60,670 nucleotides of DNA from an uncultured Syntrophobacteraceae bacterium (GCA_964527905.1 CAZGQL010000005.1:1-60670), one strand, 5' to 3'; counted from the stretch's first letter, positions 7,471 to 17,022 are shown. Notes: generated by a model from the letters alone, not told the origin. A program made the numbers and translations.

Positions 7471-8874
7471 ATGTCGGAAAATGTCAGATCGATTTCGGCG
7501 GACGGAACCATCGCGCTGAATGGAGGCATCGCCGTGGGCTTGACGAAGCCCGTGCCGAAGATCGTTAACAACTACTTCGACTCCCTCCCCGTGACGGGAG
7601 TGCACAAGCTCCTTTTCTTCATCATCATGGGAGCTTACTTCTTCGAGCAGCTGGACAATTGGAATTTCGGATTCATTGCTCCCGCCATCGCTCAATCGTG
7701 GAACCTCCAGATGACGGACATCGCCACCATCGTCTTCTGGTATTTTGTTGCCATGACCACCGGAGGGTTTCTGGGAGGGGTAATCTCCGACCTCATCGGC
7801 AGACGGAGGACCTTCCTCGGTTCCATCGTCGTGTTTTCGGTCGCTTCCATAGTGACAGGCTTCACGGACAGTTTCGTCGTCTTCACGGTATTCAGGGCGA
7901 TCACGGGTTTCGGCGTCTTCTGTCTGATGGTGACCTCGCAGGCGTACATCGCGGAAATGGCACCCGCTGAGAGCCGGGGCAAGTGGCAGGGGCGAGTCGC
8001 AGCCGTGGGTTTTTGCGCCGTTCCAGTGGTCGCCTTCCTGTGCAGGCTGATCATTCCCATGGGGCCGGAAGCCTGGAGGATCATCCTCTATGTCGGAGGA
8101 CTGGGGATGATCGGGTTCTTTGTCGGATTGAAATATCTCAAGGAATCTCCGCGGTGGCTGGTTTCCCGGGGCCGCATCGATGAAGCCGAAGAGATCATGG
8201 AGTTCCTCACCCACAAGAGGATAGATCTTTCAGAGGCAGCCAAGAAGGTCGAAAAGAAGATCAAGGTCTCCGAAGTGCTGGTGGGCATGTTCACTCAGCA
8301 GTACATCGTGAGAACGTTGCTGCTCATGGCCCTGTTTGTGACCATCACACCGGCCGGGTTTCTTTTCACGACCTGGACCACCCAGCTGATCAAGATGAAG
8401 GGGTTCTCGGTGGCCGACAGCCTCACCGCCACGACGATCATCAGCATCGGAGTGCCGGCCGGCTGCTACCTGGCCTCCCTCGTATCCGACCTGGGAGGCA
8501 GAAAGATCCCGCTCATGATCTTCGGGGTTCTGTGCGGTTTCGGCGCCGTCGCTTTCGGTTTCATGGACGGGTTGACGGGGCTCACTGCCGCAGGGTTTAT
8601 GCTCAGCGTTTTCAACCTTGCGCTTAACTTCATTCTGTTCTCCTACACGGCGGAGTCATATCCCACCAAAATGCGGAATACGGCCACCGGCTTTCACAAT
8701 GGGCTGGCGCGACTCTCGGTCTCCGCGTCGCAACCGCTCGTCCCCATGGTTCATCAGGCCTATGGGTTCGCCGGCGTTTTCAGTGCCGTGGGCTTCCTCT
8801 ACCTGATTCCGGTGGTCCCTCTGTTGATCTGGGGCATGAGGACGGGGGGAAAGAGCCTCGAAGACATCAAGTAA
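7471..8874 (+). CDS. MFS transporter
   Basis: Predicted multi-TM protein with MFS loop motif DLIGRRRTFLGS. AGGAGGG lies 8 nt before ATG 7471; an alternative ATG is at 7450. Confidence 0.8.
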   Translation: MSENVRSISADGTIALNGGIAVGLTKPVPKIVNNYFDSLPVTGVHKLLFFIIMGAYFFEQLDNWNFGFIAPAIAQSWNLQMTDIATIVFWYFVAMTTGGFLGGVISDLIGRRRTFLGSIVVFSVASIVTGFTDSFVVFTVFRAITGFGVFCLMVTSQAYIAEMAPAESRGKWQGRVAAVGFCAVPVVAFLCRLIIPMGPEAWRIILYVGGLGMIGFFVGLKYLKESPRWLVSRGRIDEAEEIMEFLTHKRIDLSEAAKKVEKKIKVSEVLVGMFTQQYIVRTLLLMALFVTITPAGFLFTTWTTQLIKMKGFSVADSLTATTIISIGVPAGCYLASLVSDLGGRKIPLMIFGVLCGFGAVAFGFMDGLTGLTAAGFMLSVFNLALNFILFSYTAESYPTKMRNTATGFHNGLARLSVSASQPLVPMVHQAYGFAGVFSAVGFLYLIPVVPLLIWGMRTGGKSLEDIK

Positions 8875-8901
8875 CCTCTCCAGACAGGCATTTCGGTTGG
8901 G

Positions 8902-8931
8902 GGAGAGGGCTGGAAGGTTGTAGCCCTCTCC
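8902..8931 (+). terminator. Possible terminator hairpin after the MFS gene
   Basis: GGAGAGGGCT-ggaaggttgt-AGCCCTCTCC is a perfect 10-bp stem, but the T-tract after it is weak. Confidence 0.35.
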
Positions 8932-9003
8932 ACTCCTGTTCTCAGCATTTCTGAAAAACCCGCTGGATTGCCTTGACGTCGGATGATAGCATAAACTGGA
9001 ATC

Positions 9004-10923
9004 ATGGGATATTTCAGCAACATGAGGGAGGACCGAGTGCCACGTGGGCGGGCGAAACCAGTCTTTTGGGGGAGGTGGTCCTTTCCGAAACGGGGCCTGC
9101 TGAGAGGCGGCGTATTTCTCTCGGCCCTTCTCATCTTCTTCTTGGGCGCTGGAGAAGCTATCGGTTCTGAACCCGTGGTCGATTCGAGGCCGGTCAAACG
9201 GGTGGTGGTGCTTTATTCCGAACCGCTTGATTTTCCTGCGACGGTCATGACCGAAAGGGGGATTCGGGAAGTCCTCCTCGGCGACCCGAGCTATTCGATC
9301 CAAATCTTCTCGGAGTACCTCGATCTGTCGCGGTTTCGGGACTTGGGGCAAAGAGAAGCCCTGGCTGGTCTTCTGCAGCACCGATACGGCAAAGGCGACA
9401 CCGACCTCGTGATCAGTGTCGATGTGCCGGCCGCCGACTTTCTGATGGACAAGGGGGAAACGGTCTTCCCCAATCTCCCCATTGTCTTTTGTTCCATTCC
9501 CGCGTCACTTGCCGAGCGGTTGAATGCCTCTCCCCTCAGGACGAGAATGACTGGGGTCTTCGAACCGGCGAACGCGAAAAGCATCGTCGAGTCTGCCTTC
9601 GCGCTCAAGCCGGGAACGAAGCATGCGGTTCTCATTGCCGGCGCTTTTGAGAACGACCGAGTACGTGCCGTCGAATTCCGCAAGGCGATCGAGGCGTTCG
9701 GCGATCGGCTGACGCTCGTTGACCTGACGGGGCTTTCCTTCGGCGACATTGCCGAGCAGGCCAAGAAGATCCCGCACGACTCCGTGATCTTCTTTTCGAC
9801 CTTCTTTGTCGACGGAAGAGGCAGGAGTTTTGTTCCGCGCGATGTGCTCAAGTTTCTCTCCAACGTCTCGGAGGTTCCCATTTTTGGGCCCTATGAATCG
9901 TATCTCGGCCACGGCATCGTCGGCGGACAGCTGACCAGCATGGTGCTGCAGGGGAAAAGAGCGGCACAGCTGGGTGCCATGGTCCTGAACGGCAAATCTC
10001 CCGACGCCATCCCTTTTGACGATGGGAGGGACACATGGACCATCGCCTACGACTGGCGTGAGCTGAGACGCTGGAATATCACCGAAAGTGCTTTACCCCC
10101 GGGCAGCACAGTGCTCTACCGTGAAGCCACCGTTTGGGACCTTTACCGCTTTTACATCATCGGCGTTTTTTCTCTGATCGTTGTCGAATCGATACTGATC
10201 ATCGCCCTCGTCATCAATCTGCAGAGTAGAAAGAGGGCTGAAATCGCCCTCCGCGAAAGTCGGGAAGAGCTCAGGACCCTTGCAGGCCGTTTGATCTCGT
10301 CCCAGGAAGAGGAACTCAGCCGACTTTCCCGGGAGTTTCACGACGATATCGCGCAGAGGCTCGCCGCGGTCGCCATCGAATCGGGGACCCTGGAGCTACG
10401 CTCCAAGAGTCTCGAGCCGGCTGTTTTGGCCAAAATAGCTCAAATCAAAGAACAATTGATCACCCTCTCCGAAGACGTGTCCGTCATTTCAAGGCAAATA
10501 CACCCGGCCATTCTCAAGGACCTGGGGCTCGTGCGGGCGATAAACTCCCAGTGTGTCATGGCTGCGGACCGGGAGGGTATTGATGTGGAATTCGATGCCG
10601 GGGATCTTCCGGAGGATATTCCCCGGGACCTGGCCCTTTGCCTCTATCGGGTCACTCAGGAGGGTTTGAGGAATATCGCCAAGCATTCCAAGGCAAAGCG
10701 CGTTAAGATCTCTTTGGAATTTCAGGATAATGCAATAGACCTGTGGATCCAGGACGACGGCATTGGGTTTGTGCCGGAGGACGTCCGTTGCACGCCGGGA
10801 ATCGGGCTTGCAAGCATGAGAGAGCGGGTGGAATACGTCAACGGTCGGTTCAAGATCAGCTCCAAACCGGGAAGGGGAACCGTGATTCATGTTTCGGTGC
10901 CCTTGGAAATGAGGAATCGATGA
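9004..10923 (+). CDS. Sensor histidine kinase: periplasmic ABC-substrate-binding-like domain, TM, HisKA_3 and HATPase_c
   Basis: N-terminal TM and a roughly 330-aa periplasmic region, then TM FYIIGVFSLIVVESILIIALVI. The H-box is REFHDDIAQRLAAV (NarX/DegS type), with C-terminal DDGIGF...GIGLASMRERV. Confidence 0.85.
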   Translation: MGYFSNMREDRVPRGRAKPVFWGRWSFPKRGLLRGGVFLSALLIFFLGAGEAIGSEPVVDSRPVKRVVVLYSEPLDFPATVMTERGIREVLLGDPSYSIQIFSEYLDLSRFRDLGQREALAGLLQHRYGKGDTDLVISVDVPAADFLMDKGETVFPNLPIVFCSIPASLAERLNASPLRTRMTGVFEPANAKSIVESAFALKPGTKHAVLIAGAFENDRVRAVEFRKAIEAFGDRLTLVDLTGLSFGDIAEQAKKIPHDSVIFFSTFFVDGRGRSFVPRDVLKFLSNVSEVPIFGPYESYLGHGIVGGQLTSMVLQGKRAAQLGAMVLNGKSPDAIPFDDGRDTWTIAYDWRELRRWNITESALPPGSTVLYREATVWDLYRFYIIGVFSLIVVESILIIALVINLQSRKRAEIALRESREELRTLAGRLISSQEEELSRLSREFHDDIAQRLAAVAIESGTLELRSKSLEPAVLAKIAQIKEQLITLSEDVSVISRQIHPAILKDLGLVRAINSQCVMAADREGIDVEFDAGDLPEDIPRDLALCLYRVTQEGLRNIAKHSKAKRVKISLEFQDNAIDLWIQDDGIGFVPEDVRCTPGIGLASMRERVEYVNGRFKISSKPGRGTVIHVSVPLEMRNR

Positions 10924-11561
10924 AACGGGCCAGAATTCTGCTGGCAGATGACCATCGCATTGTCGCAGAGGGACTCAGGGGATTGTTGGAAGCCGACTTC
11001 GACCTGGTCGGCATTGTGGAGGACGGACGCGCCATGCTGGAAGCGGCCGAGAAACTGAAGCCCGACGTCGTGGTGGCCGATGTATCCATGCCTCTGCTGA
11101 ATGGGATCGAGGCCTTACGCCAGCTGAAAAAGAAGAACAAGCACATCGCGGTGGTCTTCCTGACCATGCACGCCGATGTGAGCTATGCTTCGAGCGCTTT
11201 CGAGGCGGGAGCCCTGGGGTACGTCCTCAAACACTCCGCCCCGATGGAGCTGATCACGGCCATCAACAGTGCGCTTAAGGGAAGAACATACATCACGCCC
11301 CTGCTCGCGGGCGAGTTGCTCCAATTTCAGGCCCAGAAGCCACAGCGCAGGGGCAGTGAAGTCGACAAGCTCACCTCACGCCAGCGTGAAGTGCTGCAAT
11401 TGCTTGCAGAGGGGCGATGCGTCAAAGAAATCGCAACGATTCTGAACATTTCGACGAGGACCGTCGAATTTCACAAATACTCGACCATGGAGGCCCTGGG
11501 CCTGAAGAGTTCGGCGGATCTCGTGCGGTTTGCGGTGAGGCATGGGATCATCAGCGAATGA
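10920..11561 (+). CDS. NarL/FixJ-family response regulator (REC + LuxR-type HTH)
   Basis: MKRARILLADDHRIVAEGL...DVSMPLLNG... and LTSRQREVLQLLAEGRCVKEIATILNISTRTVEFHK. The ATGA overlap with the kinase stop suggests translational coupling. Confidence 0.9.
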   Translation: MKRARILLADDHRIVAEGLRGLLEADFDLVGIVEDGRAMLEAAEKLKPDVVVADVSMPLLNGIEALRQLKKKNKHIAVVFLTMHADVSYASSAFEAGALGYVLKHSAPMELITAINSALKGRTYITPLLAGELLQFQAQKPQRRGSEVDKLTSRQREVLQLLAEGRCVKEIATILNISTRTVEFHKYSTMEALGLKSSADLVRFAVRHGIISE

Positions 11562-11567
11562 GCCTTC

Positions 11568-12094
11568 TCAAATCTTTACGGAATGCAGCTGCAGGTTGAA
11601 CTGAGACCAATACCTCAGGAACTTGCCGGGTTGATGAGGGCCGGGGAGGCTGCAAAGAGTCGAAGAAAGATCGTGAGGGGATTCAGGCGCACCAAGCAAT
11701 GCCCGATCCCACCCAATCAAGATATTGTCTTGCAACCGGCCCCGGCCGTCCATGCGGATGCGAACTCCGTTACGTTCCAAGGCGCCGGTGAACTTCCCGC
11801 TGGTGAACTGACTGCCCTGATCCGTGTTGAAGATCATTGGGGTCCCATGACGATGCAATGCCGCTTCGAGTGCTGCCACGCAGAAGTCCGTATCCTAGGT
11901 GTTGGATAGAGCCCAGGAGAGCAGCTTGCGGCTGTACCAGTCCATGACGGCCATGAGATACATGAATCCATGCCGCATGGACACACATGACGGCTTGCCA
12001 GCTCCGCAACAGTCAATTCCTCACGGAGCGCGGCCAAAGCCACCTTTGCTTTGAACTCAGCGCTGTAGTGTGTTCTTTTCTTGCTCATGGTCAT
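11568..12094 (-). mobile_element. IS3-family element remnant (OrfA N-terminus fused to a piece of the OrfB DDE core; internally deleted and frameshifted)
   Basis: MSKKRTHYSAEFKAKVALAALREELTVAELASRH is an IS3 OrfA HTH. AALEAALHRHGTPMIFNTDQGSQFTSGKFTGALERNGVRIRMDGRGR.QDN is the rve integrase core. Only about 0.5 kb remains. Confidence 0.75.
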
Positions 12095-12149
12095 CTCCGG
12101 TTTTGAATGACCCAGAGCTTACACCATTGTCCTAATCTTGGGGACCACC

Positions 12150-12368
12150 TCACTATCGCTTGGCCACCAGGGAGCAAACCTCTTCTTCCAGATCATCAGC
12201 GCACGGCACTAGAAAAAGTCGACCATCCCGACGACCAATCTGCCCTTCACCGACTGGGGAAACGTGTTTGACTCGACCGCGGTGGCCACGGCCATTGCTG
12301 ACCGTCTCGTGCAACGATCCGAAGGGCTCATCCTGGAGGGGACAAGCTATCGAAGAAAATCACGCTGA
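12150..12368 (+). pseudogene. IS21-family IstB helper ATPase fragment (C-terminal ~65 aa, in-frame stop)
   Basis: GANLFFQIISARH*KKSTIPTTNLPFTDWGNVFDSTAVATAIADRLVQRSEGLILEGTSYRRKSR* matches the IstB C-terminus (LF.lis.RYE..S.i.TSN..F.eWg..F.d...a.AilDRL.H....i.l.G.SYR). Confidence 0.7.
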
Positions 12369-13043
12369 CGCCTCAACACCATAACGCATCAAGCGGACAC
12401 ACTGGTTTGCTCCGGTGGGGTCTGCACACACCCCCTGCGCGCTCCGCGCCGCAGGGCAGCGCACCGTTACGCCCACGCCACGCCCTGGCCGATTTCAGAA
12501 CCGCCGATTTTGGCGGGATTCGTCACCGCCGCCAATACGCGGGTGCGCCCAGGTAAGGATAAGCTCCTGGGGGCTGCGCGAGATGTGCTCGATGTTTATG
12601 TTTCATAAAGACCCTTTGAGCTAGCAGCATGGCTGAGCTCTCCTTGGCACCTTCATCTGCTTCACGATCCCCAGGATAGCCTGGAGGGCCTGCTCATCTT
12701 GATCTTCCTCCTCGAGCTCCACCAGGTCGGTGCCGTCCAGCCTGTTCCGCAACTCTGCTCGTTACATTCAGGATCCACGATCCTGGGCCTCATGACCCGC
12801 CTCGGCACATCGCCGGACGGGATGAGGTTCGTGAGCCTAGGCGCCTACCGGCCCGAAATTCCCACCTCCCAGCAGCCTGCCGGCTTAGAGTCCTTCCCAG
12901 GAACATCCTCACAACAGACGGAGAGAAATTCTTCCAGTACCCAGAAAAAAGTGCCGCATGGCGGGGAGAGACGAAGTCTGGACTGCGCGGCATCCAATTC
13001 AAAAAGCTAATGTTAACAATGGCATGGAATTATCGGTGTGGCT

Positions 13044-13058
13044 TGGCATCGACATTGC
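13044..13058 (+). promoter_or_regulatory. sigma54 (-24/-12) promoter upstream of fliK: TGGCATCGACATTGC
   Basis: Exact GG-N10-GC spacing. It matches TGGCACG-N4-TTGC at the key positions and lies 60 nt upstream of the fliK ATG. Confidence 0.7.
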
Positions 13059-13117
13059 TTTTCGGCGGAGCACAGTGTCAACACAAACGCGACACCCGTT
13101 AGGAGAAAAGGGAAACG

Positions 13118-15178
13118 ATGGGCTCAAGTGGACTCAGCGCAGCGGCACTGCTCATGAACGTGACTTCGGGCGAACGATCCAAGATCGCGCAGCGAATCAC
13201 TTCGAACGAATTCTCGCACGAGCTCTCGCAGCTGCAGCAAATCCAATCGGCCATCCCGGGGGTGATCCCGGAGTTGCAGAGCCCCCAGCGCGCAGCGGAA
13301 CAGGCTCCCATGGCTGCCGGCCCGGGGCTCGTTGTCGTGCCTCAGCCTGCCATCGAGTCCTCGGATGCCAAGGCGGCGCCGGTCGGTGAAGCGTCATCGG
13401 TCCAGTGCGGCCATGGAAAGTGCGGGGGCACCCAGACGCGGGTCAGCCAGGTGAAGAGCAAGGCACTCTCCCAGCAGCAGGTCCTGGATACGCTCTATTT
13501 CACCGATGTCACGGCCCTCGAGCGCGTCCTGGCTCAACTGAGGATGCCGGCGGAGGTCCGGCAGACCCTCCAGGGGACTGGGGACAAGCAGAGCCGGATC
13601 CCCCTGAAGACGGTGCGCGGTTTGCTGCTCACCCATTCTCCGGAACCCGGCCCCAACGGAGCTTCGCTGGTGGCCGCAAAAGACGTACAGGAGCTCGTGA
13701 AGTCCTTGTGCCGGCTTCAAGACGGGGCCGCAGTTCCGCTCGATCCGCTCAAGACCAAAGTCGATGGTTCGTACTCGCTGGCTGAGCTTGGCGACCTGTT
13801 ATCGAGGATCGTGCGGGATGCGAGTGACAAAGAGCTGCGGAGCCTTCCCCTCAGGGAAAGGCAAGGAAACACGCTCCCCGTCACCGATCGCGCAGCGGGA
13901 ATCCCCGAACTTGAACCGACCGTGCTTCCCAAAGGCCAAGTGGAGCGCCTGACTCGGCAAAGGATTCCGACCTTCTTGAGGACCTCGACGAAGGATTGGG
14001 AAGAGGCGGGGGAACGAGTGACCCAGAATTCCGAGATGCAGGCAAGAGGAGGCTCCGTGTCGATGACACCCTTTGGGTTCGTTCCCCCGAGCGGGATCAT
14101 TTCAGCGGGTGCGCGTCAATCGCACGTTCCGGAGGACGGGAGCAACCCGTCGGTCACGGGGTTACCCCCGTCTTCGTCTGCGGACTTGCCCGAGGAGATC
14201 TCTCGTGAGGTCAAAATCACGCCAGCCCCGGTAAATGAAGAGGTCTGGTCCGCAAGGCCCGAGGTGGCACGAGTGGATGGACTCGTCGGCGTGGAAGCCC
14301 GACAACGGCCGCAGCCCTTCGAGACGGGTCCAAACGGGGGTGGAGACCCGTTTGCATCCGATGCATGGGGATCCGGGAGCCATGCGGTGTCCCGCCCGGA
14401 AGCGCCCGTCATCGCGCTGCGTGCGGTCCAAGTGGACGGGCAGGCTCGTGAAAATGAATTGCATGTGGAGAGGCCTGATGGGGCCGATGTCCGCGAACCG
14501 CTCTCCAGTTTGGAAGGGCGTGGGGCGATCTCCCTCGCAAGGGGGGGCCAGCTGACCTCGAGCAATGAGGGCGGTGAGTCGGGGGGAGGGCTGGATCCGT
14601 CACGGACGGATCAGGAAACCCCGAGACAGGTCGCGGATAGCACCGAGGCGGGATCGAGCGGATTCGAGACGCTCCACCTGGAAGGGGAACGCTTGACCCA
14701 GGCGACACGATCGTCCTCCATCGGAGGGGCCGATTCCGGCGCCAAGCTGCGCCTGGTCGAATCCACGTGGCCGGAGAGTCTGTCGAGGCAGATCGAGGAA
14801 TCCCATCGGCAGGGTCGGTCGCATCTTACCATCGAACTGGAACCGGAAGCGCTTGGGAAGCTGGTCCTCCGCGTTGAATCCGACCGCAACCACGTGACGG
14901 CCTGGGTGTCCACGCAAAGCGAGGAAGCCAGAAAGGTTCTGCTTCATGGAGCGTCGGCTCTGCGGCGGCACCTGGAAGAGCAGGGACTGACTTTGGGCCA
15001 GTTCAATGTGGACGTGGGGCGTCAGGGCGGCGAACAGCGCTTTGCGCAGGCGGGTCCAAGCCGCAAGACGACTGGAAGGACTTCGGGAATCCGCGTGGAT
15101 TCATCCGTCGACGGGGTGGCGCCCCGCAGGATGGACGCCTATGCGAGCCCGGACCGTCTCATCAATGTTTTGGCATGA
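13118..15178 (+). CDS. fliK: Flagellar hook-length control protein FliK
   Basis: Long low-complexity N-terminal part. The C-terminal Flg_hook domain reads HLTIELEPEALGKLVLRVESDRNHVTAWVSTQSEEARKVLLHGASALRRHLEEQGLTLGQFNVDV. It is followed by flgD-flgE. Confidence 0.85.
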   Translation: MGSSGLSAAALLMNVTSGERSKIAQRITSNEFSHELSQLQQIQSAIPGVIPELQSPQRAAEQAPMAAGPGLVVVPQPAIESSDAKAAPVGEASSVQCGHGKCGGTQTRVSQVKSKALSQQQVLDTLYFTDVTALERVLAQLRMPAEVRQTLQGTGDKQSRIPLKTVRGLLLTHSPEPGPNGASLVAAKDVQELVKSLCRLQDGAAVPLDPLKTKVDGSYSLAELGDLLSRIVRDASDKELRSLPLRERQGNTLPVTDRAAGIPELEPTVLPKGQVERLTRQRIPTFLRTSTKDWEEAGERVTQNSEMQARGGSVSMTPFGFVPPSGIISAGARQSHVPEDGSNPSVTGLPPSSSADLPEEISREVKITPAPVNEEVWSARPEVARVDGLVGVEARQRPQPFETGPNGGGDPFASDAWGSGSHAVSRPEAPVIALRAVQVDGQARENELHVERPDGADVREPLSSLEGRGAISLARGGQLTSSNEGGESGGGLDPSRTDQETPRQVADSTEAGSSGFETLHLEGERLTQATRSSSIGGADSGAKLRLVESTWPESLSRQIEESHRQGRSHLTIELEPEALGKLVLRVESDRNHVTAWVSTQSEEARKVLLHGASALRRHLEEQGLTLGQFNVDVGRQGGEQRFAQAGPSRKTTGRTSGIRVDSSVDGVAPRRMDAYASPDRLINVLA

Positions 15179-15220
15179 TCGGGCGTCGTCGAGGACGTTC
15201 GATCCAACAGGAGTACCTCC

Positions 15221-15904
15221 ATGCCTGAGATATCCCCGATTCAGACGCTGGATGGCGGCGGCACGAGTGCCAGCGGCAGTGCTTCAAGGAGCAAGTCACT
15301 GGACATGAACGCGTTCTTGAGGATGTTCACAACCCAGCTCAGGTACCAGGACCCGACGAACCCTCTGGAGTCCTACGAGCTTGCCGCGCAGCTGGCCCAG
15401 TTCAGCACCGTTGAAAAACTGACGGACATCAGCGCCCGTCTTGAAGAGCAAAAGCAGTACCTGGTGTCGCTGACCAACACGCACATGGTCCAGATGATCG
15501 GCAAGGAGGTAACCGGTGCCTATGATGGAATCCGTGTTCAAGACGGGAGCGCTAGCAAAGCCTCTTATGAGCTCTCCGATCAGGCGGCTACGGTCACGGT
15601 GAAGATCTACACCGAGAACGGCGTGCTGGTACGGACCCTCGAAATCGGCCCCCAGAATCCCGGTCGGCACGACATTCAGTGGGACGGGAAGGACCAGTCG
15701 GGAAAGAGCGTTCCCAACGGGACGTATCGTTTCAACGTGGAGCCGCTGGCGTCGGACGGCTCCAAACTCGAAGCCCAGGAGTATGTGCAGGGCAGCGCGT
15801 TTGCCTTTCGGTTGGTGAACGGAGTGGGATACCTGGTTTTGGGTGGTGAAAACGGACTTCTCCTGCCGGCATCGACGATCACCGAGGTCGTCAACGCTGG
15901 GTAG
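15221..15904 (+). CDS. flgD: Flagellar hook capping/assembly protein FlgD
   Basis: FLRMFTTQLRYQDPTNPLESYELAAQLAQFSTVEKL plus an Ig-like C-terminal part (GRHDIQWDGKDQSGKSVPNGTYRFNVE). Confidence 0.9.
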   Translation: MPEISPIQTLDGGGTSASGSASRSKSLDMNAFLRMFTTQLRYQDPTNPLESYELAAQLAQFSTVEKLTDISARLEEQKQYLVSLTNTHMVQMIGKEVTGAYDGIRVQDGSASKASYELSDQAATVTVKIYTENGVLVRTLEIGPQNPGRHDIQWDGKDQSGKSVPNGTYRFNVEPLASDGSKLEAQEYVQGSAFAFRLVNGVGYLVLGGENGLLLPASTITEVVNAG

Positions 15905-15991
15905 AACGAAATCGAAGCAGGCACAGGCCTCAGCGGCATTCGGAACGCTTGAGGGCGTTTCGCAGAGGAAACGGGGAAAGGAGATCGGACG

Positions 15992-16786
15992 ATGGGAATC
16001 GGCACTGCAATGTACAATGGCGTCAGCGGTCTGAACAGCTTCAGTTCGGCGATGGGCGTCGTGAGCGACAATATCGCCAACGCGGCGAGCACCGGTTTCA
16101 AATCTAACAGCATCCGCTTTGGGGATATGGTGAACAGCTACTATTCGATCAACTCCAACGATACGGAGGGGGAAGGCTCGGGCAGCATGGTGCTTGGCGT
16201 CGCCACCGATTTCGCCCAGGGGACCATCCTGCCTTCCTCGCAATGGAGCGACGTGGCGATGAGCGGCGAAGGGTTCTTCATCCTCGATGGTCCCAATGGG
16301 ATTCCCTACTACACCCGGGACGGAAGCTTCCACGTCGATGCCTCCAACACGCTGGTCAACCAGCAGGGGATCCCCGTCATGGGCAATGTGGGCGGGGCCC
16401 TGGGGCACATCACCATCGACGTCATGAGCTACATCAGCTTCCGCGTGGAAACCGACGGCGATATCATCGGGATTGCGGCGGACGGCACCGAAACCACGCT
16501 GGGCCAGCTGGGTCTTGCCACGTTTTCCAACAAGAACGGTCTGGTGCGTCAAGGAAGCAACCTCTACATAGAGGGACCGGAAGCCGGCACGCGAATCACC
16601 AACACCGATCCCGCAAACGCAGGCTACTTCGGCATGGTGTTGGATTACAGCCTGGAGGGTTCCAACGTCGACATCGCCAAGCAGATGGTCGACATGATCA
16701 TCTATCAGGCCGACTTCAACGCCAACTCGAAGACCATCACCACGTGCCAGCAGATGATGGAAACGACCATTAACATGGTCCGCTAG
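15992..16786 (+). CDS. flgE: Flagellar hook protein FlgE (short form, 264 aa)
   Basis: N-terminal rod/hook motif MYNGVSGLNSFSSAMGVVSDNIANAASTGFK and C-terminal LEGSNVDIAKQMVDMIIYQADFNANSKTITT. It sits directly after flgD. Confidence 0.75.
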   Translation: MGIGTAMYNGVSGLNSFSSAMGVVSDNIANAASTGFKSNSIRFGDMVNSYYSINSNDTEGEGSGSMVLGVATDFAQGTILPSSQWSDVAMSGEGFFILDGPNGIPYYTRDGSFHVDASNTLVNQQGIPVMGNVGGALGHITIDVMSYISFRVETDGDIIGIAADGTETTLGQLGLATFSNKNGLVRQGSNLYIEGPEAGTRITNTDPANAGYFGMVLDYSLEGSNVDIAKQMVDMIIYQADFNANSKTITTCQQMMETTINMVR

Positions 16787-16854
16787 CACTGGTTTTCTCC
16801 CCGTCGGCCGTGGAGTCCCGTCCGCCCGGACATGGGACTTCCCGACCTTGAACC

Positions 16855-16903
16855 GGAAGTCATGGTTTTGATCCTTTTCCGAAGTGTCAAAACCATGGCT
16901 TCC
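16855..16903 (+). terminator. Large stem-loop (17 bp, one G-U, 15-nt loop) 69 nt after flgE; probable operon-boundary or mRNA-stabilising hairpin
   Basis: GGAAGTCATGGTTTTGA-N15-TCAAAACCATGGCTTCC pairs along its full length. No T-tract follows it. The next sigma54 promoter is about 105 nt downstream. Confidence 0.45.
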
Positions 16904-17007
16904 AGCCCTTCCGCCAGGGGGCCCCAATTTCCCCGGGACGGGTGCCGCCGCACGGTTTCCAGCCCCTTGATCCCTCTCGGCCTTCCCGGATGTTTCCCTC
17001 TGATCCG

Positions 17008-17022
17008 TGGCATGCTCGTTGC
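17008..17022 (+). promoter_or_regulatory. sigma54 promoter upstream of fliL: TGGCATGCTCGTTGC
   Basis: Same TGGCAT-N5-TTGCT pattern as the fliK and flgF sites; 111 nt upstream of the fliL ATG. Confidence 0.7.

Noticed and set aside
12560-12700. Short minus-strand reading frame ...NRLDGTDLVELEEEDQDEQALQAILGIVKQMKVPRR
   Set aside because: It looks protein-like but is only about 46 codons, is bounded upstream by stops and has no ATG. It is probably the tail of a destroyed gene and is not reportable as a feature.
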